A DNA stretch of 12,200 bases from Bdellovibrionia bacterium (GCA_049424145.1 JBMSSC010000085.1:1-12200); one strand, 5' to 3'. Numbered from the stretch's first letter, positions 1 to 7,371 are shown. Numbers and translations are program-made. Notes: generated by a model from the sequence alone, not told the origin.

Positions 1-55
1 GCGGGAACCTCAAAACATTGCAATGCTTTTTTTAAAAAAAATGAAACTTTTTTTT
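1..55 (-). promoter_or_regulatory. Possible sigma70 -35 box with UP-like A/T tracts for a gene beyond the left edge
   Basis: TTGCAA at 18-23, inside the perfect palindrome CATTGCAATG (16-25), has exactly 17 nt between it and the window edge on the minus strand. It is preceded on that strand by T7/A8/T8 tracts (27-55). The -10 box would lie outside the window, so this cannot be verified. Confidence 0.3.
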
Positions 56-61
56 CCGAGC

Positions 62-1201
62 CTAAAATTGGATCACGACAGAGACTGAAGATTTCAGTCC
101 TAAACTCTGCATGCGACGAATCAGAGTGGACTTGTTTACGCCGATCTGACGCGCCGTCTGATTGATTCGTCCACCGTTCTTCAGGAGCGCTCGTTTAAGA
201 AACTCTCGCTCAAACTGCGTCTTACTCAGACGGTAATCCAAGGCCAAGGGGAGACTTAAAACTCCCAACTCAGGGACTCCATCATCCACTCCACAGGAGT
301 CATCCGCTTGCTCTTTCCCCTCCTGAGAAGGCAAGGAGGAAGAGGAAGAAGAAGAAAATGACGATGAAGATGAGACTGAAGAAGTGAAATGAGACGAAAC
401 CAAGGATGAGTTCAAGGGAACAGAACCCATGGAGCTCAATGGCTCTAGAGGCTCTTGATTCATTACAGCATCCAAGAGCCACGAGGGCAGGTCCTGCACC
501 TGAATCTCCGAACCCTCTGCCGATTGAACACTGTACTCAATCACATTTCTCAGCTCTCTCAGGTTTCCGGGCCACGCATAAGTTTCCAGAATCTCAGAAA
601 CACTCGCTGAAACTCGAAGAGCGGTGCGTCCCGAAAGCTGACAAAACTCTTCCAACGTGGCCTCTAAAAGAGCTCTCCATTCACTTTTCCGCTGCCTCAG
701 GCTTTTCATGGGAATGGAAATCACTCGAAGCCGATGAAAGAGATCCTCACGAAATGACCCTTGTTGAACGGCCTGCACCAGATTCCGATGAGTTGCAGCA
801 ATCACTCGAACATCCAGCTTGGACACCCGGTTACTTCCGACGGGAGAAATCGTGCGCGACTGAAGAAACTCAAGCAATCTTGCTTGCAAAGCCAATGACA
901 ATTCCCCGACTTCATCAAGAAAGACCGTTCCTCCTTGAGCCATTTCCAGTTTTCCCACTCTTCTTAAGTCAGCACCTGTGAAGGCACCCCGCTCGTGACC
1001 AAACAACTCCGACTCTAAAGTCCCTCCATGAAGAGTCGCAAGATTCACCACCACAAAAGGCTTTGCGCTTCGCTTGCTGGCTTCATGGATTTTTCTCGCC
1101 CAATACGTTTTTCCTGTTCCGGTTTCACCCGTCAGTAAAACCGTACTCTCTCCTCGCGAAGCCAAGTGAAACAACTTCACGAGGTCCTTTGAAATCTCCA
1201 T
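62..1201 (-). CDS. Sigma54-dependent enhancer-binding protein (AAA+ domain plus Fis-type HTH) without a regulatory domain, 379 aa
   Basis: Walker [24 protein letters not shown] (intact GAFTGA), Walker [25 protein letters not shown] and C-terminal [24 protein letters not shown]. Start moved from 1273 to ATG 1201 because GAGGAG lies 9 nt upstream (aatGAGGAGaatggtgtcATG). Confidence 0.93.
   Translation of the reverse strand: MEISKDLVKLFHLASRGESTVLLTGETGTGKTYWARKIHEASKRSAKPFVVVNLATLHGGTLESELFGHERGAFTGADLRRVGKLEMAQGGTVFLDEVGELSLALQARLLEFLQSRTISPVGSNRVSKLDVRVIAATHRNLVQAVQQGSFREDLFHRLRVISIPMKSLRQRKSEWRALLEATLEEFCQLSGRTALRVSASVSEILETYAWPGNLRELRNVIEYSVQSAEGSEIQVQDLPSWLLDAVMNQEPLEPLSSMGSVPLNSSLVSSHFTSSVSSSSSFSSSSSSSLPSQEGKEQADDSCGVDDGVPELGVLSLPLALDYRLSKTQFEREFLKRALLKNGGRINQTARQIGVNKSTLIRRMQSLGLKSSVSVVIQF
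336..398. repeat. Degenerate trinucleotide (GAA/GAG/GAT) low-complexity tract encoding a poly-Ser linker
   Basis: gaggaagaggaagaagaagaaaatgacgatgaagatgag... on the plus strand encodes [21 protein letters not shown] on the minus strand. Confidence 0.7.
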
Positions 1202-1478
1202 GACACCATTCTCCTCATTCTGCAGTCGAAAAACCCTCTCATACAGCAAAAACCAAACCAGGTTCAAGCTCACTGAATTACTTTAAAAGGCCCTCTTGCG
1301 GCCCTTCATCGTAGGGAATCACCCACGCTTTCTTTAGAATTGTTGCCACTCCCCTACAACTCGCGATCCCCCTTCAAACCGCACACAAACAAGCTTCTTT
1401 TTCATCACCTGAGCCGCTCTAAGCTTTTCAATCACCTCAATCTGCGATACCCCTTTTTCCCAAGTAAAGAGAGACGCC

Positions 1479-1910
1479 ATGTCAACTGTACGAATTGAAC
1501 AACCCTCCACTTGGGTCAAATACAGAAAAGGACTTTGCGAGGGCTGCTGGTCGGGCTGCTGCACGTTGCCCGTTGAAGTCAGTGCATCCGACCTGATCCG
1601 TCTGGGGCTCATCACGGAGGAAGAGGCTGCGTTATCACTCAAGCAAGTGGCCAAAAAACTATTGAAACAAAAGGTGATCCAAGCCTACCAAGCTCGATCC
1701 CAGCTTTTTGTACTCGCCCAAAAATCAGGGCGCGACTGCTTGTTTTTAGATGAAAACCGACTTTGCCAGGTTTACGCCAAACGCCCCGAGGTGTGCCGGA
1801 AGTTTCCAGCCATCGGGCCTAGGCCTGGCTTCTGCCCTAAAACTTGGAAAACTGAGTCCAAACGCCCCTCAGTGACTCAAAAACGCTCTCTTAAAAAGAC
1901 CCCGGCATGA
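1479..1910 (+). CDS. YkgJ-family (CxxCxxCC) cysteine-cluster, putative Zn/Fe-S-binding protein
   Basis: CEGCWSGCC, DCLFLDENRLCQVYAKRPEVCRKFP and GPRPGFC. A purine-rich RBS (aaagagag) lies upstream, and there is an ATGA overlap with the next gene. Confidence 0.88.
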   Translation: MSTVRIEQPSTWVKYRKGLCEGCWSGCCTLPVEVSASDLIRLGLITEEEAALSLKQVAKKLLKQKVIQAYQARSQLFVLAQKSGRDCLFLDENRLCQVYAKRPEVCRKFPAIGPRPGFCPKTWKTESKRPSVTQKRSLKKTPA

Positions 1911-2887
1911 TCTACAGCTTCACTCCTAATCCCTGCCTGGACTTAAGTGGATCGGTCTCCTCCCTCATCCCCAATGAAAAGGCCTACGTCCATCACGAAT
2001 CCAGACATCCAGGGGGAAACGCAATTAATGCCGCTCGAATTGCTCATCGATGGGGAGCCCCCGTTCTGGTGTCGGGTTTTTTAGGTGGAGGATCAGGAAG
2101 AGAAGTGAAGCAGCTGCTCAAGACCGAGGGAGTCAAAACCCAATTTATCCCCATCCAGGGCTTCACCCGAATCAACGTGACCGTCTCCAACGAACGAAAC
2201 CGCCAGCAAACCCGCTTGAGTTTTCCAGGACCTAAAATCCTCCCCCAAGAGAAGACTCAGCTCCGCCGTTTTTTAGAGAAAACCAAGCCCAATTCCCTTT
2301 TGATCCTGGGCGGAAGCCTACCCCCTCAGTTCACAGGCCAGGATCTCAAAGCCATGATCCAGTGGGCTTACGAGAGAAAAAACACACCCACTCTGGTCGA
2401 CGTTCCGGGCACGACCCTCAAACATGCCCTCACTGCAGGATGCCTCCTCATGAAGCCCAACCTTACGGAGTTTCAGCAGTTCCTGAGAACTTCGGCTCAA
2501 AGTGTTTCTGAGGTTTTCAAGCGGGCTCAACCCCTCACCCGAAAAATCCCCTTGATCTGCATCTCCTCCGTCGAAGGCGGAGCACTCCTAGTCACTGCCC
2601 AAGGAAGCTTCTTCGGCAAACCGCCTAAAATTTCAGTGAAAACCACGCTCGGAGCAGGGGACTCCATGGTCGGCACCCTGGCCGCACTTCTGTGGACGGA
2701 ATCTCAAAAAAACCGATGCTCGATCGACGAGCTGATCCGCACCCCCCCTCGAGATTTCATGCCGTTTCTTCTCCAACAAGCCTTAGCGGCTGCTTGCGGA
2801 ACCCTCACTCTTCCTGGGCTCGAACTCACCCACTTAAAACAGATCCGACGCTACAGCCCGCAGATTCAAGTTCGCACACTGGCATGA
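1907..2887 (+). CDS. pfkB: PfkB-family hexose-phosphate kinase (1-phosphofructokinase/Pfk-2 group)
   Basis: TPNPCLD, PGGNAINAAR, GFLGG, TRINVTV, GGSLPP, KPNLTE and the anion-hole motif TLGAGDSMVG. Family assignment is strong; the exact substrate and symbol are less certain. Confidence 0.88.
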   Translation: MIYSFTPNPCLDLSGSVSSLIPNEKAYVHHESRHPGGNAINAARIAHRWGAPVLVSGFLGGGSGREVKQLLKTEGVKTQFIPIQGFTRINVTVSNERNRQQTRLSFPGPKILPQEKTQLRRFLEKTKPNSLLILGGSLPPQFTGQDLKAMIQWAYERKNTPTLVDVPGTTLKHALTAGCLLMKPNLTEFQQFLRTSAQSVSEVFKRAQPLTRKIPLICISSVEGGALLVTAQGSFFGKPPKISVKTTLGAGDSMVGTLAALLWTESQKNRCSIDELIRTPPRDFMPFLLQQALAAACGTLTLPGLELTHLKQIRRYSPQIQVRTLA

Positions 2888-3004
2888 CTGAAGATCAACC
2901 AGCCGCCCCATCTGGATAAAAAAATAAAAATAAAAAAAAGAAATGCAAAATTGAAAAGTCTCAAAAAGCGGTGAACTGAAATCAGGGAAGGGAAGATCCA
3001 AAAA

Positions 3005-3080
3005 TGGTGGAGCTGCACGGATTTGAACCGAGGACCCCCTGCTTGCAAAGCAGGTGCTCTACCAACTGAGCTACAGCCCC
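3005..3080 (-). tRNA. tRNA-Ala (anticodon TGC), 76 nt with encoded CCA
   Basis: Minus strand reads GGGGCTGTAGCTCAGTTGGTAGAGCACCTGCTTTGCAAGCAGGGGGTCCTCGGTTCAAATCCGTGCAGCTCCACCA. It forms a full cloverleaf with the G3:U70 alanine identity pair, anticodon loop TTTGCAA, A73 and CCA. Confidence 0.99.
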
Positions 3081-3214
3081 ACATTTAGGATCTTATATTG
3101 AGGGAAAGCAAAAGTGTTTTTTCAAGCACTCGCGCATTCCTTGAGATACCCGCAGTCATACGCAATCTTCTGATCCTTGGCAACCTAAAATCGAATATGA
3201 TACCACTATTTTCT

Positions 3215-3541
3215 ATGCCTCTCCTCACCTCTGAAAATTACACTCAAGGATTTCTCGTGGACGATGACCTCATGGCTGGGGTCACGACCGATCCTGGAGA
3301 TCCTTCCACGTTCATGGCTTTTGTGTTGAGACACTCCACAGGAGAGTACCTTGGAGTCAGACCCTGTCCTTCTCTTGAGGAAGCCCTAGCGCAGATCAAC
3401 CAAATTCCCCGGTCCTGGAGCTTTGAACCGCTCAAAGCAGGCTGTGGAGGGGGAGGTTGCGGAAAAAAAGGAGGCTGCGCGGGAGGCGGATGTAAAAGTG
3501 GCGCCTGCGGAAAATCAAAGAATCCGTCTCAGCTAGTTTGA
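3215..3541 (+). CDS. Hypothetical protein (about 108 aa) with a small globular domain and a Gly/Cys-rich C-terminal tail
   Basis: Fills the gap between the tRNA and a convergent gene, with protein-like composition from MPLLTSENY. The start is uncertain: ATG 3215 is preferred, ATG 3197 is possible, and TTG 3098 would overlap the tRNA promoter region. No clear RBS. Confidence 0.72.
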   Translation: MPLLTSENYTQGFLVDDDLMAGVTTDPGDPSTFMAFVLRHSTGEYLGVRPCPSLEEALAQINQIPRSWSFEPLKAGCGGGGCGKKGGCAGGGCKSGACGKSKNPSQLV

Positions 3542-4252
3542 GCGCTTCTTCTCAGTTTGGAGTTGCAAGAGGATCGCACAATTGAGGTAGCGATAAAACG
3601 ATTGATGCGTCTGCGTGCCGGAGAGGTAAAGAAGGGTTAAAAAGAGCGCAAGCCCCACGAACTGAGAGAGGTCACTGGAACTATCGACCCAGCCAAATAC
3701 CGGGGACTTCACCCACATCGGCTTAGATTCTAACTCTCCCAGTGAATCAATCCCCCTCATCAGAAGAAAGAAAACAGCGCCCCCTAAAACCGTCAAATGC
3801 TTCGTGCGATAACGCATGCTCCGCAAATCGACTTTGAAACTTTCAATAATCCAGTGCCAATCCTGAGGGCTTGCGGTGATTTGAGTCCCCATTGCAGCAC
3901 ACACCCGTTCACGCCACTGCCCCTCAGTCACCGATTGACCTAAGGTCGCAAAGACGCCCCCTTTTTTGATCACTTTTGGGATTTGAAAAAGGACTTCCGA
4001 TCCTAAGAAATAAAGCGAATAGAGAACAGGAAACAAGACGATCAAAAGATCAGCATGATTTTTTGCGGATCGAGGGAGCAATTGAAGCTTGGCAAAAATC
4101 AAAACCGTTCCCGAAGTCATCAAAGGAAAAACAAAACACCAAATAAACACACTGAGCATCCGACGATTCAAAAGAACTCGTTCTTTTTGAATGTCTCGAG
4201 CCACAAACTCTAGAAAGTCCCGATAAAGCTCTTGCTGAGTTTTCACATGCAT
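3533..4252 (-). CDS. Hypothetical integral membrane protein, about 4 TM helices, 239 aa
   Basis: Hydrophobic segments MLSVFIWCFVFPLMTSGTVLIFA, LLIVLFPVLYSLYFLG, LTVLGGAVFFLLM and FVGLALFLTLLYLSG. Co-oriented downstream of ymdB after a 69-bp AT-rich gap. Confidence 0.82.
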   Translation of the reverse strand: MHVKTQQELYRDFLEFVARDIQKERVLLNRRMLSVFIWCFVFPLMTSGTVLIFAKLQLLPRSAKNHADLLIVLFPVLYSLYFLGSEVLFQIPKVIKKGGVFATLGQSVTEGQWRERVCAAMGTQITASPQDWHWIIESFKVDLRSMRYRTKHLTVLGGAVFFLLMRGIDSLGELESKPMWVKSPVFGWVDSSSDLSQFVGLALFLTLLYLSGTQTHQSFYRYLNCAILLQLQTEKKRSN

Positions 4253-4321
4253 TACTCTTAAGCTTATCGATTTTTTTTTATTATTAAACGGTTAATTTTT
4301 ACCTACTGGGGTCATGAAAAT

Positions 4322-5134
4322 TTAAATTGAGCTCACCACGGTTTCTCTCAGTCTTAAAATCGATCGTGACTTGCCTGTATGCTCATCAATATCAATCACC
4401 ACAGCCCCATATCCCCCAGGCCCCTCCGCAGGCTCAAAGCGAACGGGGCGCTTCGTTAAAAACTTCTGAATCGAGATCTCTTTTTTTACCCCAATGACTG
4501 AATCAAAGCACCCGCACATACCAACATCCGTAATCGCCGCAGTCCCTTGAGGTAAAATTCTCTCGTCCGCCGTTTGAACGTGAGAGTGACTTCCTACCAC
4601 GGCACTGACTTTTCCGTCCATGAAGTGAGCAAAGGCTTGTTTCTCAGAGGTGGCTTCCCCATGAAAATCAATCAAAATGGAACGCACGTTAAATTGATCC
4701 AAATGGTTCACTTCTTTTTCAGCCGTTCGAAACGGGCAATCTAGGGCATCCATAAAAACACGTCCCATGACTTGAATCACCCCGAGCTTAAGCCCCGGTG
4801 TTCTGCGTGATTCCACCACACTCACTCCCCGCCCCGGAGTTTTATAGGCAGGATAATCGGGATAATTAGCAGGACGAAGCACTCGCGTGGTGGTGGCCAT
4901 GTAGGGAATGATCTGCTTTTGGTCCCAAGCGTGGTTTCCCGTGGTCAGGACATCTGCACCGAGAGCCACAAACTCCTCGACCATTTCAGGCAAGACCCCA
5001 TTGCCGTGACAAAAGTTCTCTGCATTAATGACGACAAAATCAATCTGATGTGCGGGAACGAGTTTTGCCATGGCCACCTTCACAGCTTCGCGGCCTGGTC
5101 TTCCAAAAGTATCCCCAAAATATAAAACCTTCAC
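4322..5134 (-). CDS. ymdB: YmdB-like (TIGR00282) metallophosphoesterase / 2',3'-cyclic-nucleotide phosphodiesterase
   Basis: GDTFGRPGR, NAEN, TTGNHAWD, RPANYP, DFHGEATSEK, GSHSHVQTAD and TDVGMCG. GTG start with an AAAGGGA RBS, 15 bp downstream of rny, matching the conserved rny-ymdB synteny. Confidence 0.95.
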   Translation of the reverse strand: MKVLYFGDTFGRPGREAVKVAMAKLVPAHQIDFVVINAENFCHGNGVLPEMVEEFVALGADVLTTGNHAWDQKQIIPYMATTTRVLRPANYPDYPAYKTPGRGVSVVESRRTPGLKLGVIQVMGRVFMDALDCPFRTAEKEVNHLDQFNVRSILIDFHGEATSEKQAFAHFMDGKVSAVVGSHSHVQTADERILPQGTAAITDVGMCGCFDSVIGVKKEISIQKFLTKRPVRFEPAEGPGGYGAVVIDIDEHTGKSRSILRLRETVVSSI

Positions 5135-5149
5135 GCTTGAATCCCTTTC

Positions 5150-6508
5150 TTAACTCTTCTCGGCACGATTTGCCCATTCAATGGCTCGGAGCTCTCGGAG
5201 GACCGTGATTTGAATTTGCCCCGGAAACCGAACTTCATCTTGAATCCGTCTTGAAACGGACAGAGCCACAGCCCGTGCCCCTTCGTCGCTCACCTTTTGA
5301 CAATCCACAAACACTCGAAGCTCTCGTCCTGCTTGAACTGCGTAGGCTTGAGTCACGCCTGGAATCTCCATGGCCAAAGCCTCCATCTGCTCGGAGCGAT
5401 TCAGAAGGGCTTGGGTGGATCCGTGACGAGCCCCTGGCCTGGCACCCGACAGCGCATCGGCTGCAATCACGAGGTGATCTAAAACCGATTGAGGCGTTTT
5501 TTCTTCATGATGAGCCGCGATGGCGGAGACGACGGCGGCACATTCACCGTATTTTTCGGCAAACAGGGCGCCAGCTAGGGCATGTCCCCCTTCTTCATGC
5601 GTTTGATCGAGGGCTTTGCCCAAGTCATGCAGTAAAGCGGCGCGCCTGGCAAGTTTTAAATCAAAGCCGAGCTCACAAGCGAGACTCCCACAAAGCCAGG
5701 CCGTTTCTAGAGAATGATCCAGCTGATTTTGACCAAAGCTGTGACGAAACTTCAATGTGCCTAAGACCCTCAGAATGGCAGGATGAAGCTTCTCCACTCC
5801 CAATTGCTGAGCTGCTTGTTGAGCGGCAACGCGAGCTTGTTGGTCCACTTCGGTGCGCGCCTGAGCTAAGGCTTCTTCGATCTTAGCAGGCTGAATACGC
5901 CCGTCCGCTAAGAGCCGCATCAAGGCAACACGGGCTACTTCCCGACGAAAAGGATCAAAGCTTGAAAGAACTACCGCATCGGGCTCATCATTGAGCAGTA
6001 AATCCACTCCGGATCTCTCCTGAAAGTGCCGGGCATTTCGACCTTCTTTGCCCACAATTTTTCCTTTAACGCCATCTTTGAGTTGCTCAGCAGTGAATCG
6101 AATCCGATCGGTGGTGACGGAGGAAATAAAGCGTGTGGCCTGACGAGAGACGGCCAAGGCAATCAGCCGCTGGGCTTGCTCGTGCTCTTCGAGAAACTTG
6201 GGCAGGCCAGGTAAACTCAGGGATGGAGAATCGATGGATGATCCATAGGTGGCAGCAACTTCTCTCTGAGGCGGGGAAAGCGGGGCAAGTGCAGAAGGAG
6301 CGGAGGATACGGCCCCTGAGCGCCCCACAGAGCCCCCTGATTCTACGGAACCGGGACTCTCTGAGTTCAAGCACGCGTCAGAGCCCTGAACTTCTTGGGA
6401 GATCTCCCCCCGAATCTGAGCCCCGTCTTGTTTCTCAGAAGAGGAGATCGGGATTAAGCCCGGGGGCCTGGGCTTGCCAGGAAATCGAATCCAATTCAAC
6501 CAATTCAT
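5150..6508 (-). CDS. rny: Ribonuclease Y (KH + HD domains) with an atypical N-terminus, 452 aa
   Basis: KH domain KGKIVGKEGRN...LSSFDPFRREVAR; HD domain SFGQNQLDHS...ALLHDLGKA...AHHEE...AADALSGARPGAR; C-terminal AYAVQAGRELRVFV and FPGQIQITVLRE. Start placed at ATG 6508, which forms an ATGA overlap with the ygfA stop (6505-6507) and follows TAGGTGG. Confidence 0.93.
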   Translation of the reverse strand: MNWLNWIRFPGKPRPPGLIPISSSEKQDGAQIRGEISQEVQGSDACLNSESPGSVESGGSVGRSGAVSSAPSALAPLSPPQREVAATYGSSIDSPSLSLPGLPKFLEEHEQAQRLIALAVSRQATRFISSVTTDRIRFTAEQLKDGVKGKIVGKEGRNARHFQERSGVDLLLNDEPDAVVLSSFDPFRREVARVALMRLLADGRIQPAKIEEALAQARTEVDQQARVAAQQAAQQLGVEKLHPAILRVLGTLKFRHSFGQNQLDHSLETAWLCGSLACELGFDLKLARRAALLHDLGKALDQTHEEGGHALAGALFAEKYGECAAVVSAIAAHHEEKTPQSVLDHLVIAADALSGARPGARHGSTQALLNRSEQMEALAMEIPGVTQAYAVQAGRELRVFVDCQKVSDEGARAVALSVSRRIQDEVRFPGQIQITVLRELRAIEWANRAEKS

Positions 6509-7218
6509 CGTCCACCTACTCGCTGAGATAGCCACTGGTCCACAAATGGGCTTCGAAACCTCTGCTGGTCCGTCCATAGCCAATGAAGCGGTTGATCCCA
6601 AGGGCATTGAGGCAGAGACGGAAACACATGGCAATCAAAGCTCAACGCTATCCGAAGAGCCGAGGGGGCTTTGAGAAAAAATCGATCATAAAACCCTCCA
6701 CCCATGCCAATGCGCTCCCCGCCGAGACCAAAGGCTAAACCTGGGGTAAAAACACACGCCAGGCTCTGGGGATCCACAGCCTTAAGCTCAAAAGAGGGCT
6801 CAAAAATCCCAAAGGCTCCCCTCACCCAATGAGAGGGGGGAGATTGAGAACATGAGATCTCAACAAATTCGATTTCACGGAAGGGGGGACTTTCGTTCTT
6901 CTTTTGGCTTGATGCCGGGGATTCTTTGGCTTTCTGAACCACCCTTGGGTAATGAACTTTCATTCCCTGCTTGAAGCACCAGGTCTCAAGCTCGAGAAGA
7001 TCAGACTCCCCGGGCATCGCTCGATACAAAGCAACTGAGAGCGAGCCCACGTCGGCCCGGGTGAAACCCAGGTTTTCCCACTCGCAAGTCCAAGCCTGAA
7101 TGACCTGACGACTCCAAGATTGGACCTGAAGTGGGGACAAGGCGTTTCGTTGAGCTTGATTCCTTTTGCGGATCGCTTGAATTTCTCGACGAACTGGGGA
7201 CGGATGATCTGACTCCAT
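6505..7218 (-). CDS. ygfA: 5-formyltetrahydrofolate cyclo-ligase
   Basis: VALYRAMPGE, YPRV, GAFGIFEP, PGLAFGLGGERIGMGGGFYDRF and PWDQPL; located upstream of rny as in many deltaproteobacteria. Confidence 0.93.
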   Translation of the reverse strand: MESDHPSPVRREIQAIRKRNQAQRNALSPLQVQSWSRQVIQAWTCEWENLGFTRADVGSLSVALYRAMPGESDLLELETWCFKQGMKVHYPRVVQKAKESPASSQKKNESPPFREIEFVEISCSQSPPSHWVRGAFGIFEPSFELKAVDPQSLACVFTPGLAFGLGGERIGMGGGFYDRFFLKAPSALRIALSFDCHVFPSLPQCPWDQPLHWLWTDQQRFRSPFVDQWLSQRVGGR

Positions 7219-7227
7219 GCAGCAGAC

Positions 7228-7256
7228 AAACTAGCACTATTCGAGTCAACTATCAA
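7228..7256 (-). promoter_or_regulatory. Putative sigma70 promoter of the ygfA-rny-ymdB operon
   Basis: Minus strand: TTGATA (7256-7251), a 17-nt spacer ending in TGc, TAGTTT (7233-7228), then 9 nt to the ATG at 7218. Confidence 0.5.
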
Positions 7257-7314
7257 CTCCGACTCCAGCCTCAATGTGGACTCCAGGACCAACTCCCTAA
7301 GCAGTTCTTGCCGA

Positions 7315-7359
7315 TTGGATTGGTTTTATTTTTATATCATAATGATTGATAACAAGGAG
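7315..7359 (+). promoter_or_regulatory. Putative sigma70 promoter and RBS of the divergent two-gene unit
   Basis: TTGGAT (7315-7320), 17 nt, CATAAT (7338-7343); AAGGAG at 7354-7359 upstream of GTG 7372. Confidence 0.4.
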
Positions 7360-7371
7360 AACACCCCGTTT

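Noticed and set aside
406..981. 191-aa plus-strand ORF
   Set aside because: Lies entirely antisense to the conserved AAA+ domain and has no recognisable motif; shadow ORF.
1289..1302. GG-N10-GC spacing as a sigma54 promoter for ykgJ-pfkB
   Set aside because: The flanks (AGGCCC...CGGC) do not match TGGCAC-N5-TTGC; expected by chance.
1334..1654. 106-aa minus-strand ORF, as a possible split regulatory domain of the activator
   Set aside because: More than half overlaps ykgJ antisense, it has no REC, GAF or PAS features, and it has no RBS.
2890..3000. GAAGATC direct repeat near 2890 and 2992 as an att-site remnant
   Set aside because: Only 7 bp, not derived from the tRNA 3' end, and there is no integrase or foreign-looking DNA.
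3016..3032. U50:U64 mismatch in the tRNA T-stem (CTCGG/CCGTG)
   Set aside because: A U:U pair at this position occurs in many proteobacterial tRNA-Ala(TGC) genes; it is not evidence of a pseudogene.
2866..3084. 72-aa minus-strand ORF
   Set aside because: Translation of the tRNA gene and its T-rich trailer.
4263..4295. Possible sigma28 promoters (ATCGATAA upstream of the membrane gene; also GCCGATTG at 7310-7317)
   Set aside because: No TAAA-like -35 element at the required ~15-nt spacing in either case.
6509..6634. 42-aa N-terminal extension of RNase Y in the ORF track
   Set aside because: Overlaps the conserved 3' end of ygfA by 130 bp and adds no TM helix; ATG 6508 has an ATGA junction and an RBS.
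5251..6674. Several alternative-frame or antisense ORFs over rny (5251-5886, 6133-6531, 6087-6374 and others)
   Set aside because: Shadows of a real gene. The same-strand alternative frames do not encode the missing TM or coiled coil, so there is no sign of a frameshift.
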